A stretch of DNA of 63,648 nt, filler included, from Chiloscyllium plagiosum (GCF_004010195.1; 4 parts of one record of this genome joined end to end with filler, not necessarily neighbours in it), one strand, 5' to 3'. Shown: positions 38,957 through 51,575, numbered from the whole stretch's first letter. Program-made: numbers and translations. The notes: generated from the letters alone by a model not told the origin.

Positions 38957-39894
38957 AACTGCCATTTGCAGTACCACTATTATTGCCAGTGATTTCAATT
39001 GATAATTACCACTGCAGTGTGTAGTAAAGCACGGACAGCATATTTCCTGCTACAGAAATGTGCATTGTTACTTTATTTATTAATGGAACTGATCAGGATT
39101 AAAACACATGGTCAATCCTCAGTAAGTGAAATCAGCTAGTCATAGAGAGTGGGGTTATTTATGTTACAATTGCATCTTTCATTGTAAATAAGCAATGCAA
39201 AACAGTGTCCCAGAGACCACAGGTTCCCCAGGTATAATCCTGAGCTTGCTGAAGAATTACCATTAAGGACAGGATCTGGCTTGGCTGCTTTGAATTCCAT
39301 AGTTGTGTTACCTGCTAACATTCAGTCTATGTTCACATGATGAAGAGACAAGGTACAGAATGGCGGCTGATAAACCATGAACCTATAACAACAGGCCTAG
39401 TATCTTTAATAGAGGGCAAGAGAAAAAGGGGAGGGCGAGTGAAATGTTGGTACGGACACCGTTTATGACAACTTCAATCTATACTTTAGACAGATGGAAA
39501 CGTTTCAGATCACTTTGCTAAAGCAGCATTACAATCAGGTCAGGTTTCATTCAGATGTTAAATGCAAGGCAATGATATGTGACAAAGCTTCCCTGTTATT
39601 AGGTTAGCAACTCAATAGAATAAAACAAATCAATTCCATTCTTAACAGCGTTAAAATTCAAAGTAAAATCTTCATTATTTAAAGCATTTAAAAATACATG
39701 AATCATTTCCCTGGTCAAATGGTGAAAAATTTGGTTTCTGCCATAAGGTCCCCGTTTTGTCCCCATTGAGATTTCTTATCTCATTGGTACAGCAGTAGAG
39801 TGACATTACAATTTTTATTGTCATTTCTTGGTAAGCAAAAGGAAAGATCAGCCAAGATTCTCCCCCAAATGTCATTTGGAGACATGCATGTTGA

Positions 39895-40212
39895 ATCATA
39901 GAATCCCTACAGTGTAGAAACAGGCCCTTCAGCCCAACAAGTCCACACTCTCTCCAAAGAGTAACCCACCCAGACTTATTCCCAAATGTTTACCCCTGAC
40001 TAATGCACCTAACTTACTTATCCCTGAACACTCTATACAATTTAGCATGGCCAATTCACCTAACCTGCATATCTTTGAACTATGGGAGGAAACTCGCACA
40101 GACATGGGGAAGAATATGCAAACCCTACACAGGCAGTCATCAGAAGCTGGAATCGAACCCGGGTCCCTGGCACTGTGAGGCAGCAGTGCTAGCCACTGAG
40201 CCACTGTGCCAC
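39895..40212 (-). mobile_element. HE1 V-SINE (in the probable CMTM8 3' UTR)
   Basis: tRNA head, V-domain and tail. Confidence 0.88.
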
Positions 40213-40602
40213 CCTACGTGTATGGACCCTTGAATGTGAACAAGGGTGATGCACACCTAGAATGTTCCTCATAGTGAATGGACCAGTTGGATGAGACATC
40301 AGTGGTATTCCACCTCTGTAGACTTTTACCTTGGGAGATTAAATCAATGCCACAGAAGAACAGGAGGTGGTGAAGAAATAAGACTCAAATACCTATAACC
40401 ACAATCTGGTACAAACTCGTTGGTAATGTTATTTTAAACAGGAAAATGTTAAACAACGCTAGAGTTATAATGAACACTGAGCCAAGTTAGTAGTCACAAT
40501 AGTACAACACAATATATATTAATTATTGGGGCTATTCACAATTCCTTTGTTCACACCAAATTTTCTCTAGTTACCAACAGGCACTTTTAGAATACTAGCC
40601 CA

Positions 40603-40689
40603 TTATGGTCCTTGATCTCTTGACTTCCAAGTCTGAAAGCTCAAATATGCATTGCCACAGTAACAGAGCGTGACTATGAAAGCAAAAAT
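40603..40689 (-). CDS. CMTM8: CMTM8 last coding exon (IFAFIVTLCYCGNAYLSFQTWKSRDQGP*)
   Basis: Acceptor ttttctcttttacAG, phase 0, TAA stop. Aligns with the recalled human CMTM8 C-terminus FFAFLVTICYAGNTYFSFIAWRSR and lies upstream of CMTM7 on the same strand, as in human. Confidence 0.85.
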   Translation of the reverse strand: MFAFIVTLCYCGNAYLSFQTWKSRDQGP

Positions 40690-40769
40690 CTGTAAAAGAG
40701 AAAACAAAACTTTAATTCACTTCATCTTGATTTTAGCATGCACTGATTTTAGCATACATTTTGGAATTT

Positions 40770-41335
40770 GTGGGAATTCTGAGGCAGGTAACTCACCTCA
40801 TGACTCCCCAAAGCCTTTCACCATCTAAGAAGGCACAAGTAAGGACTGAGATGGAATATTCTCCACTTGTCTGGATGAATGAAGCTCTGACATCATTCAC
40901 ATAGCTTAACACCATCCAAGACAAACGTAGCCTGCTTGAAAGGCATCCTACATAAAACATTCACTCTCTCTACTACCGATTCACAATGGCTGTGCTGTAT
41001 ACCATCTGCAAGATGCAGTATAGCAACTTGACTAGGTTCCTTTGACAGAACTTTCTAAACCTTCAACCTCTGCCACCTAGAAGGACAAGGGCAAAAGATG
41101 CACCGCTGAAAGATCCTTTCCAAGATGCGCACCATTCTGACTTGGAACTATACTGCCATTTCTTCAATGTTGCTGGGTCAAAATCCTGAAACTCTTCCAC
41201 TTCCTAACAAAATTGAATGTGTCCATACCAACTGTGATTGTTCAAGTAGCTCACTAACACTTTCTCAAGGGAAATTAGAGATGGGCAACAAATGCTAGCC
41301 TTGTTAGCAACACTTACATCCTACCACCCCCCCCC
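40770..41335 (+). mobile_element. L2 LINE 3' end
   Basis: KAQVR..MEYSPL.WM...L.TIQDK and ..HSL..R...AVLY motifs. A related copy lies at 55880-56190. Confidence 0.7.
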
Positions 41336-42822
41336 AAAAAAAATCCATAAAACAAAACGTTTGACAAGTGGGGGATATAAGGCATCACAACAAATGAATG
41401 AAAATGCTAAAATTTGGCAAGTTTGACTCAATAATTAATACTAAATGTTTAAATGCATATACCCAGCACAATGTCCAACCTCAGTTTGGAAAAGCAAAAA
41501 TTTACTTTGTGCTGAAGAATTTATGTTCCCAGCTGATGGTAACATTGAAAAGTCAGATTCCAGAGTGAAACCTAGCTTAACGGACCACAACTTTTCTTTT
41601 GCAGTTTGCAATTCAGTCACCTGGCTACCAATGTACTATCTTTATAACAAAGGTCATGAATGTAAAAGTAGGAAAATATTTTTTGGAAAAAGATTTAATG
41701 TTGTATTGTAGCACTGTCCTCACACCTCTTCTCTTCAATTTAAAATTTCTTACTAAAACCTGATGAGATCACAAATGTTTCCGTTTGGTAACCTTGTGCA
41801 TATTCACCATGTGGTCCTCTCCATTACTGTCTCACACAATATACAGGCATAGGCTAATCATTGGCTTTTTTTGCCTCTTTAAAACAAAAAGTTTTTTCCA
41901 GTTTCTGTACTTGGACTGCTGAAACAGTTTAAGACTTCTATCTCTCAGATGGCCTGAGGACTGCTAAAACTAAACTGCCCTTCTGCTGGTATGGATCCTC
42001 CTCTCCTGAACTGAATCTACATCTAGCCTCTAGCTTCTCTTACAGTAGGCCATAAAAGCTCAACTTAGTAAATGCTTCAGCAATTATTTTACTAGGTAGC
42101 CTGTCCATTCATTGAACAGAAGTCACGTGATTTGTTGGAAATACTGTTTTTAGCAGTGGGCAAAATCAAAGTTTCTGATCCCTGCCCCAAAAATAAAGTC
42201 ACCTTCACAGAAAACCAAGTGCCCATTTTCCTCAACTTTACATTACTCTATCCTCTACAAATTCCAACTAAACAACATAAACTAAATTTTAGTCACAAAC
42301 TTTATTCCTCAACCCTATTGAATTTCAGTTCCAACATTCTCATTTATGGTCTTTATTTCATGAACCAGTCAAGTTGTAGCATGAAGGAAGGTTGGGTAAG
42401 GGACTGTATTCTCCCAATTGTTCTTTTCTCACTAATGTTCTTCATCGTTCTCTTGAAGGCACGGGCTTATGCAAAGATATCATTCTGTGAATACCAATCA
42501 CTTCTTTACAATAATAGAATGTTCTAGCTTATTGTAGATGTGACCATTCCTCACCAATTAATTCAGACCATGAATTGCGCAGATTATTCAACCTGAGGGT
42601 ATACAGACAAATCAGAAGCTCTCTTTACCAGACATCTGCATATCTACAATTTCTAACTCAACTCAATGACTGAGTACCAACATTAGAAATCATAGAATCA
42701 TAGGATCCCTACAGTGTAAAAACAGGCCATTTGGCCCAACACGTCCACATCGACCTTCCGATGAGCAATCCACCCAGAACCATTCCCTTAAACTATTATT
42801 CTCCATTACCCCGGACTAATCT

Positions 42823-43701
42823 GCAGGAAATGCAGTCAGATCCTGCTCCTCACAGAACGAGTTAGGGAACTGGAACTGGTGTTGGATGAACTGAGGATTA
42901 TTCGAGAGGCTGAGAGGGTGATAGATAGAAGCTACAGGGACATAGCTACGCCAGAGAACAGAGGTAGCTGGGTAACAGTTAGTGGGAAGGGGAGGAAGCA
43001 GGCAGTGCAGGGATCCCCTGTGGTCGTTCCCCTAAACAATAATTATACCATTTTGGATACTGGTGGGGGGGACGGCCTAGCAGGGGTAAGCTGCAGTGAC
43101 CGGGTCTGTGGCGCGAGGTCTGGCTCTGAGACTCAGAAGGGAAAGGGGGAGAGGAGGAGAGCGCTAGTTATAGGAGACTCTCTAGTTAGAGGGACGGACA
43201 GGCGATTCTGTGGACATGGGAGAGACTCTCGGATGGTTTGTTGCCTCCCAGGTGCCAGGGTCCGAGACTTCTCGGACCGTGTCTTCAGAATCCTTAAGGG
43301 GGAGGGTGTGCAGCCAGAAGGACGGACAGGCGGTTCTGTGGACATGGGCGAGACTCTCGGATGGTTTGTTGCCTCCCGGGTGCCAGGACCATGTCTTCAG
43401 AATCCTTAAGGGGGAGGGTGTGCAGCCAGAAGTCGTGGTGCACGTTGGCACCAACGACATAGATAGGAAGAGGGGTGGAGAGGTCATTCAAGAGCTCAGG
43501 GATATAGCCTGGAAGCTAAAAGCTACGACAGACAGAGTCGTCATCTCTGGGTTGTTGCCGGTGCCACGTGACAGTGAGGCAAGAAATAGGGAGAGAGGGC
43601 AGTTGAACACGTGGCTGCAAGGATGGTGTAGGAGGGAGGGCTTCAGGTATTTGGACAATTGGACTGCATTCTGGGGAAGGTGGGACTTATACAAGCAGGA
43701 C
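42823..43701 (+). mobile_element. CR1 ORF1 (leucine zipper + esterase) with an internal ~128-bp tandem duplication; an HE1 tail (-) lies at 42690-42822
   Basis: ORFs 42879-43409 and 43210-43749 (IGDSLVRG, CCLPGARV, HVGTNDI). Confidence 0.88.
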
Positions 43702-43801
43702 NNNNNNNNNNNNNNNNNNNNNNNNNNNNNNNNNNNNNNNNNNNNTTAATTAATTAANNNNNNNNNNNNNNNNNNNNNNNNNNNNNNNNNNNNNNNNNNN
43801 N
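43702..43801. other. Artificial contig linker
   Basis: 44 N + TTAATTAATTAA + 44 N. Confidence 0.95.
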
Positions 43802-44592
43802 GTAAATATTCATCCTGGAGCCCAGTTACAAGTGGAGTTTCGCAGGGATCAGTTCTGGGTCCTCTGACTTGGAAGAGGGAGTCGAAGGGTGGGTCAGTAA
43901 ATTTGCAGACGATTCGAAGATTGGTGGAGTTGTGGATAGTGAGGAGGGCTGTTGTTGGTTGCAAAGGGACTTAGATATGATGCAGAACTGGGCTGAGGAG
44001 TGGCAGATGGAGTTCAACCCTGTCAAGTGTGAGGTTGTCCATTTTGGAAGGACAAATAAGAATGCGGAATACAGGGTTAACGGTAGGGTTCTTAGTAAGG
44101 TGGAGGAGCAGAGGGATCTTGGGGTCTATGTTCATAGATCTTTGAAAGTTGCCACTCAGGTGGATAGAGCTTGTAAGGCGGTCTCTGGTGTATTAGCGTG
44201 CATTAGCAGAGGGATTGAATTCAAGAGTCGTGAGGTGATGTTGCAGCTGTACAGGACCTTGGTAAGGCCACATTTGGAGTACTGTGTGCAGGGGAATAGA
44301 TAGAGTGGACAGTCAGAGACTTTTTCCCCGGGTACAACAGAGTGTTACAAGGGGACATAAATTTAAGGTGAAGGTTGAAAGGTATAGAGGGGATGTCAGG
44401 TGTAGGTTCTTTACCCAGAGAGTCGTGGGGGCATGGAATGCGCTGCCTGTGGGAGTGGCAGAGTCAGAATCATTGGTGACCTTTAAGCGGCAATTGGATA
44501 GGTACATGGATAGGTGCTTAAGCTAAGACAAATATTCGGCACAACATCATGGGCCGAAGGGTCTGTTCTGAGCTGTATTGTTCTATGTTCTA
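43802..44592 (+). mobile_element. CR1 RT C-terminus and 3' UTR with internal deletions
   Basis: SKFADDSKIGG, KCEVVHFG and LYRTLVRPHLEYCVQ motifs, and a (ttctatg) tail. Confidence 0.9.
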
Positions 44593-45249
44593 ACTGAAAT
44601 TATACATTGAAAAATACCTTGATTGTTTGTTGAGTCTTTCATCTGTTAGAATGACCATGATAGTTTCACTTCTTTCATATGTAAATCACAAAACCTTTTA
44701 TAAAAGTTACATTCTCAGGTTAACCGTAACAATTGGTGTCAGCCAGATAATATGAAGGTGTTAGGCCCCCTGTGTTCCCTCTCTATGCCATAATGTTTAC
44801 ACTGATTATAATCTAAAATGTGAGTTAACAGAGTCTTACATGGATTCATGCAGTTTTTAAGCAAAATACAATGAAACTCTGCAGTACAAATTCACCCCAC
44901 AAACGTATATGTGTGTCTGTCTGTCTATCTGTGGTGGGGGGCTGTGAGTGTGAGAGAGAGTGTATGTGTGTGTGTATGTGCGTGTAAATTGACTAAGTCT
45001 GTGAGTGGGGGCATGTGTGAGTGTGTGTCTCTGTAGGAGTGTGTGTCTCTGTAGGAGTGTGTGCGTGTGTGTGTGTCTGTCTGTCTGTCTGGGGTGGGGG
45101 GTTGTGAGTGTATGTGGGAGAGAGTGTATATGTGTGTGTATGTGAGTGTAAAGTGGTCTAAGTCTGTGAGAGGATGCATGTGTGAGTGTCTGTATGCGTG
45201 TGTATACGTGTGTCAGTGTGTATGCGTGTATAGGAATGTCTTTGAAGGG

Positions 45250-45277
45250 CTGATGAAGGGTTTTTGCCCGAAACCTC
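45250..45277 (+). ncRNA. Hammerhead motif (family B)
   Basis: CTGATGA-a-GGGT tttt GCCC-GAAACCTC. Confidence 0.6.
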
Positions 45278-45993
45278 GATTTTTCTGCTCCTCGGATGCT
45301 GCCTGAACTGCTGTGCTTTTCCAGGACCACTAATCCAGAATCTGGTTTCCAGCATCTGCAGTCCTTGTTTTTACCTAGCTAAGTTCCGTACTCATAGAGA
45401 GGGCCTCAACCAGGACCTTGGGTTCATGTCACACTATAGGTGACCACCATTGCACTATACACACACACACACAAATCCTCTTTCAGACTTAGACCACATT
45501 ACACACACACACACATATATATACACTCTCCCAAGACACTCACAACCCCCCCACCCCAGAGACACACACACACACCCTCACACAAGCCCCCTCCCACAGA
45601 CTTAGACACTTTACACTCACTCTCTCTCACACTCTCAACCCCGTACCACAGACAGACACACACACATATACGTTTGTAGGGTGAATTTGTACTTGCAGAG
45701 TTACATTGTACTTTGCTAACAAACTGCATGAATCCATGTAAGACTCTGTTAACTCACTTTTTAGATTAGAATCAGTCTAAACATTATGGCACAGACAGGG
45801 AACACAGGGGGCTAACACCTTCAACATATTATCTGGCTGACACCAATTGTTACAGTTAACCTGAGAATGTAACTTTTAAAACCTTTATGCGATTTAGATA
45901 TGAATACTATCATGGTCAATGTATAATTTCAGTTACATCACACTGTAAACTTTTGTTATAAATTCTGTGTCTTACAATTGTGTACTCCACAAC

Positions 45994-46028
45994 CACCTGA
46001 TGAAGGAGCGGTGCTCCGAAAGCTAGTA
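45994..46028 (+). ncRNA. Minimal hammerhead motif (family A), intact core
   Basis: CAC-CTGATGA-a-GGAGC ggt GCTCC-GAAAGCTA-GT. Confidence 0.78.
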
Positions 46029-46089
46029 CTTCCAACTAAACCTGTTGGACTATAACCTGGTGTTGTGTGATTTTTTTAACTATATGCAG

Positions 46090-47145
46090 ATGCAAATCAC
46101 CCAGAATTGTAATGTTATCTGCATCTCCAATTTCCTGTTTAATGTCATCCCCACTTTACCAATACTGACTGGAGGCTTTTTAACGACTCTCGCTTTTTCC
46201 CCTTGTTGTTTCTTGCATTCAACCAGACAGGTTTTACATGTAAATTTTCTAAGCCAATATTCTTTCTCACTGTTGCATAAACCGTATTCTTTACCAACAC
46301 CATCCATCTCCTTTCCCCTGCTCTTTCTAAATATTAAATAACCTTGTCAATTCAGTTTCTAGCCTTCGTCACCTGCAGTCATCAGTCACCCTGTTCACAA
46401 TTGTAATCATATTGTACTTGTTTACAACTATTTGCACTACTGCAAATATTCTGTGCATCTACATGCAGTATCTATGGATTAGTCTTTGGTTAACTTTTTT
46501 TTTCACACCTTTTTGTACTATAATCCTATTTATTGCTAGCCTTCGTTTCCTCTGTCCCCTACTTCTGCATTCTACATTTCTATCTTTCAAGTCTATCTTT
46601 GTTTCCGTTTACTTCTCCTTGCTCAAGTCCCCTTCTCAAGCCCCTCTAAGTTAACCCTCTCCCACAATACCAACAAATGCCCCTGCTAGGTACGACGCAT
46701 CCAGCTTCAACGTGTTCGCTTCAACATGTTCGCCTTCCCCAGAATTGGACACAATTTCTCAGAAATCTAAACCTTTCTTTCTAACACCATCTCTCCAGCC
46801 ACACTTTCATCCAGTTTATTCACCTCTTTCTGAATGTATTAGAATGTATCAGTGGAAGCATCTTTTCTAGCTCCGTATATTTTGCCTGAGGGACCTCAAC
46901 CTTCTCTTTATATATATATTTTATACATATATTTTGTATATGTATCAACATCTGACAGTTTACCCTCCTTCAGAATGTCCTGCAGCCATTCTGTCATCCT
47001 TGATCCTGACATTAGGGAGGCAATGCAACATACTGGATGTTACATCTGTGACCCTAGAAACATTGATGTTTCTCTTATGATAGAATCCCCTATCACTATT
47101 GCTCTTCAACCCTTTTTTTCCCTTCTAACTCTGTGCAGCTGAACC
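46090..47145 (-). mobile_element. Old CR1 5' region (esterase and start of EN), decayed
   Basis: GDSIIRETS..FLG, CIASL and GKGDGWCW (GGGVA-like) remnants. Confidence 0.55.
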
Positions 47146-47939
47146 GATTTTGCCATAGGCAGAGATACCATCGCTCCCGGCAATAAGTTCTTAGTGCATT
47201 GAAGCCAAATAAATCGGTCAAGTTTATAATTGGGGAGCAATTTTTTTTTATTTTACTGAACTCGCTAAATAATATAAATCTCCACTAACGATAGAACTAT
47301 AATACTGTCCTGAACATAAAACTCATTTCATTTCAAAATTAGGGTTTTCTCTGTAATTTTACAAGCCATTTCTACTTGTACAAGTATGTGGCAGTAGTTA
47401 ACTAATCAACTCAAATCCTAATTGTGATCAGGTTATTTGATTTTAGGTTTAAATATAATACAGCCCTTTGGTTTTACAGATGAACTTCAAATTCAAGTAA
47501 ACCACAATTAAATTCAACATTCAAGCATTTCTGTTCTATGCGGGCTGAATAAATTTTCATGAGGCAGATGCATCAAGGATGCAGTTAAGAGTGCACACAA
47601 AATTATAACAGTTATCTAGATCACGAAGATAAGTAAACATTCATACTTTTTAAAAAAAAAATTGAACCTTCCAAATTATTTTGGCCACTAAACTCAAACC
47701 TTTAGTAAATTTATTTCATTTTTGACCCAGGTTGGTCATGAACAGGATCTGAATTTAGAAGATCTGACAAAAATCAGAAAATGTACTTAACAACATGTTA
47801 TGGATTACACTAATGTTTTGTTGACAGAGCAACAAAATCAGTCTGGGATTGGGGAGGAGGGCAAGAGGAGATGGCAGTCAGAAAATGTTAAGCCCTGCTT
47901 CTTTGATTCATATTTGATTGACAACAAAAGAATACTAAC

Positions 47940-48090
47940 CTCCAATTCTTCTCGGTCTTGTTCTTCTTTTCTATTTGTCTTACACTGCTCTTTTTCCAAT
48001 GCCCACTGTAGTTCCCGTGCTTTCTTCTGTTCACGTGCCAACACATCACTCAGCATGTCTACTTCAGCTGCCTTGTCAGTTAACTCAACT
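47940..48090 (-). CDS. AKAP9: AKAP9 internal exon (VELTDKAAEVDMLSDVLAREQKKARELQWALEKEQCKTNRKEEQDREELE)
   Basis: tttttAG acceptor, GTTAGT donor, phases 2/0. Matches recalled human ...LASEQKKSRELQWALEKEK...RDKEELE. Confidence 0.92.
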
Positions 48091-48479
48091 CTAAAAAAAA
48101 TTAAATGATCATTGGAACTTCATTGTTAATTTGGTTGGCCATTTTATATTTACCAAGTATTTAAAAACTTAATAGCAGTAAAAATGCTAACGTTTGAGCT
48201 TCTTTGCTGATATCAGATCATGTCTTCTGATAGAAAAAAAATACCCTCAATGAGTTAGCAATTAAGAACAAAAATTGCTGAAGCAAAAGGTATTTGTTTT
48301 AAGCTTTTTGACTTGCACACATTAGGTCATTTCACAAGAAATTCAAATGTAAAACCAGCATTTACATTGCATGACAGGAGATTGCTGATTGGTTGGCGAA
48401 TAGACTGATTGCATTCTCCAAGGCAACACCTATTCCAATCACAGTCCACTTGCCAACTAATCAGCACTCTTCTCTCATA

Positions 48480-49000
48480 CAGGTCTTCATGTCTGACGAA
48501 TGATGCTCTGGCTACCGAGGGAATGTTACAAAGGTTTTCTAGACTGATCCTTGGGATGACAAGACTGACGTATTGGATCAGTCGGGATTATATTCACTGG
48601 GGTTTAGAAGAATGAGGGGGATCCCTTGAATCCTATTACATTTTAACATGAGCAGACAGAATGTAAACACAGGAAGAATGTTCCCGATACCTGGGGAGTC
48701 CAGAACCAGAGGTCACAATCTAAGGATACAAGGTACGCTATTTAGGATTGAGGTGAGAAGTTCCTTCACCAAGAGAGTGATGAGCCTGTGGAATTCTCTG
48801 TGATGGAAAGTGTTTGAGGCCAATACATTGAATGCTTTCAAAGAGGAGTTAGATATAATTCTTAGGGGTAAAGGGGTCAAAGGGTATGGCGAGAAAGCAG
48901 GAACAGGGTACTGAATTGCATGATAAGCCATGATCATACGAATGGTGGCGCAGCTTTGAAGGTCTGAATGGCCTATTCCTGCTCTATTTTCTGTGTTTCT
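48480..49000 (+). mobile_element. CR1 3' end
   Basis: QRFSRLILGM and GESRTRGHNL motifs, and 3' UTR. Confidence 0.75.
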
Positions 49001-49230
49001 ATAAAAATTGGTTTCCGTTTGAATTTGTATTCTTGCAAAATGTCCTGATAACAGCAAGATGAAAAAGTTTGACAAAATGTCTTTTTTCAGCAATATTCAG
49101 GCTCTCTACTACTAAACGAATAAAAGATATATTACTCACTTTAGCTGAAAGGACTCAGAGATCAAGAATATTAGCATTGCAACTAAGATGAGTATTTTTA
49201 AAAACTGCTTGACTGAATTAACTAAATTAC

Positions 49231-49453
49231 CTTAGCATCTCTAAATCTTTCAAGTGCTTATGTTGTGTCTTAAGTGTCGTTTCAAGCTCCAATTTAGTTT
49301 GAGAAAGCTCATTTTTCATCTCTGCCACGATTATTTTCTCCAAATTCAGTTGGTCTTGGAGTTCAGCTCCTTTTTCCTTTACTGTATTCAATTCCGTCTG
49401 TAACTTGAGAAATTGAGTCTCCTTTTGTTGTAAACTGCTTCCTAGTAGTTCCA
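49231..49453 (-). CDS. AKAP9: AKAP9 internal exon (ELLGSSLQQKE...ELSQTKLELETTLKTQHKHLKDLEMLR)
   Basis: AG/GT boundaries, phases 1/2. Matches recalled human ELAQTKLELETTLKAQHKHLKELEAFR. Confidence 0.93.
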
Positions 49454-49879
49454 CTAAAAATGAAGAGATGCATTAAGCTTGAGTTTATAAGTACAGATAG
49501 CTTGAGATACACATCACTTTGTTTTAAAGTCATACTTTTGACAGCCTCTTTTTGTGTATTTGGTGAAGCTTGCATCAATTTGGGAAGCAGCAAAAATTAG
49601 TTACAGGTTAAATGAGTCTGTATAATAGGAGGTAAGTTGGGGAGCTACAGACAGTTTTACAGTTATCAGGCAAAGTACTATCTAAGGGCAGAATTTCCTC
49701 TTTCACCCTTCCCCAACAGGCAGGACACTTGGCACTGCTATAAGTCTACAATGAACAGCCATGAAAGAGGATGAACTAGAACCTAGGTACTCTTGCTTCT
49801 TCAGTCAGACAGGGCGTTGCTAATAAGATGCTCAAATAGGGCAATCTGCTGCAAACACTGCCTTCACAATAGGGCAGCC

Positions 49880-50148
49880 CTGCTGCCTCAGTGTCAGAGA
49901 CCCATGTTCGATTCTAGCCTTCGGTGACTGTATGAAGTTTGCATATTTTTCCAGTGTCTGTGCTGGGTTTCTGTCCGCTGCTTCAGTTTCCTCCCATAGT
50001 CCAAAGATGTATAGGCTCACTGAATTAACCATAGTAAATGTGGAGTTATGGGGTAGAGATGGGGGTTGGGTCTGGGTGTGATGCTCTTCAGACGGTCAGT
50101 GCAGACTCAATGAGCTTCTTTCCACACTAGGGATTCTTTGATTCTATG
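49880..50148 (+). mobile_element. HE1-like V-SINE
   Basis: Partial tRNA head, V-domain and tail. Confidence 0.75.
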
Positions 50149-50434
50149 CAAATTCCAAGCCTGGTAGTCTTGCCATGTACAGCAAGGGGAAGGGCTTCTT
50201 CAGTGACCATTTGTTAACTAGCCAAGAGCTTCGACTTACCCAAGGACATGCAGGTTGCTGGACACCAACCCTGCCACTATTACAATGCCTGCAGAGGCAT
50301 GTAAACTACTAGCAAACTGCCACCATCCTCATCCTACTCGTCAGATTGAGGGCAAGTTCAAGCCTTAAAATCGTCACTTAAGTATAAATATAATCAATTA
50401 TGTGGATTAGGCATGATCATGAACTTAAAACCAC

Positions 50435-50591
50435 CTTCGCTTCTTTGTGCAATTTGTTCTTCCACAGTCATTGGCATCTTGTCACCCTGTTGGGACCTTT
50501 GCAGATATGACCACAGTTCACGTATCTCCATCATCATACTATCCCTATCTGCAGTCATTAGATGCTCCATATCAGCACTCCTCTGTGCTTC
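50435..50591 (-). CDS. AKAP9: AKAP9 internal exon (EAQRSADMEHLMTADRDSMMMEIRELW...AQRSE)
   Basis: Acceptor ctacAG, donor AAG/GTGGTT (an in-phase alternative lies 3 nt further), phases 0/1. Similar to recalled human AAMECLQKADRRSLLSEIQAL. Confidence 0.85.
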
Positions 50592-51289
50592 CTGTAGCAA
50601 ATAGAAAAGGAAGATTCTAATATCATCTATATCTGTGTTAACACAAGATTCATTTTTTCCAATGCTCTCATGGCTAGCCTCCCAACCTCAATAAACTTTA
50701 GTTCATTTAAAACTCTGTCATTCATATCTTATCTAACATCAGATCATGTTCACTAATCACATATTGCTTGATGACCAATTGACTCCTGGTCTGGCAACAG
50801 CTTGATTTTGATAAGCTCATGTTCAGGTTGGAATAACTCTACAGACTTATTTCTCCTCATTGTTGTAATGTACTTCAAACTGACAATTCTCTAAAATTTC
50901 TGCATTCCTCCACAATCTGGCCTCTTGGATAACTTTGCTTTCTATTGCTATGGTTTGTGACCTTTGAAGGGGTAGGTCGTAGAGTTCTCGAATTTTTGCA
51001 ATACATCTTTCTGCCTCTCCACGTTTTTCTCTTAACTCATTCCTTAAAATCTTCTTGTGGAGATCTGTGATGTATTGGGTTTGAAAATGCTCCTTAAAAA
51101 CTCCCCTTTATACTTGCTAACAATAACTTTCCATCTTGTGCCATACTTTGCCATGAAACCTCACAGTCATTAAGTGTTAATATGCAACTTAATGTTTGGT
51201 GCAAGTCCATGCAGATATTAGTTATGGAATTATTTTTGTTTATGTCACTAAGGTGCTTTAATTTGAGAAAGACATACAAGATCACAAGG

Positions 51290-51575
51290 ACTGTTTGTGT
51301 GGAATTTGCATGTTCTCCCAGTGTCTGCGTCTGTTTCCTCAGGATGCTCTGGTTTCTTCCCACAGTCCAAAAATGCACAGGTTAGGTGGGTTGGCCATGC
51401 CAAATTTCTCCATAGTGTCCAGTTATGTGCAGGCTATGTGGGTTAGCCATGGTAAATGTCAGGTTATAGGTATAGGGTGGAGGCTGGGTTTGAGTGGGAT
51501 GTTTTTGGGAGGGTCAGTGAGACCTGATGGACCAAATGGCCTCTTTCTCCAACAATCTATGACAAGATAAACTAT
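51290..51575 (+). mobile_element. HE1-like V-SINE, headless
   Basis: V-domain and tail only. Confidence 0.75.

Larger units (their letters stand above)
44592..46080. mobile_element. Inverted pair of Penelope family A 3' UTR/terminal repeats (- 44592-45240, + 45378-46080) with a family B short element at the centre (45244-45377)
   Basis: The arms are reverse complements, including the (CA)n-rich tracts. The + arm begins with the ORF C-terminus (AKF.T.REGLN.DLGFMSHYR*). Confidence 0.85.

Noticed and set aside
43191..43432. ~128-bp tandem duplication in CR1 ORF1
   Set aside because: It lies within a high-copy repeat near a contig end, so it is either an ordinary duplication or an assembly artefact.
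44857..45729. His/Thr- or Val/Cys-rich ORFs
   Set aside because: They are translations of (CA)n-like tracts in Penelope 3' UTRs.
40603..48090. Apparent AKAP9-CMTM8 fusion or truncated AKAP9 lacking the PACT domain
   Set aside because: An artificial linker at 43702-43801 separates the two, so the missing exons are simply off-contig.
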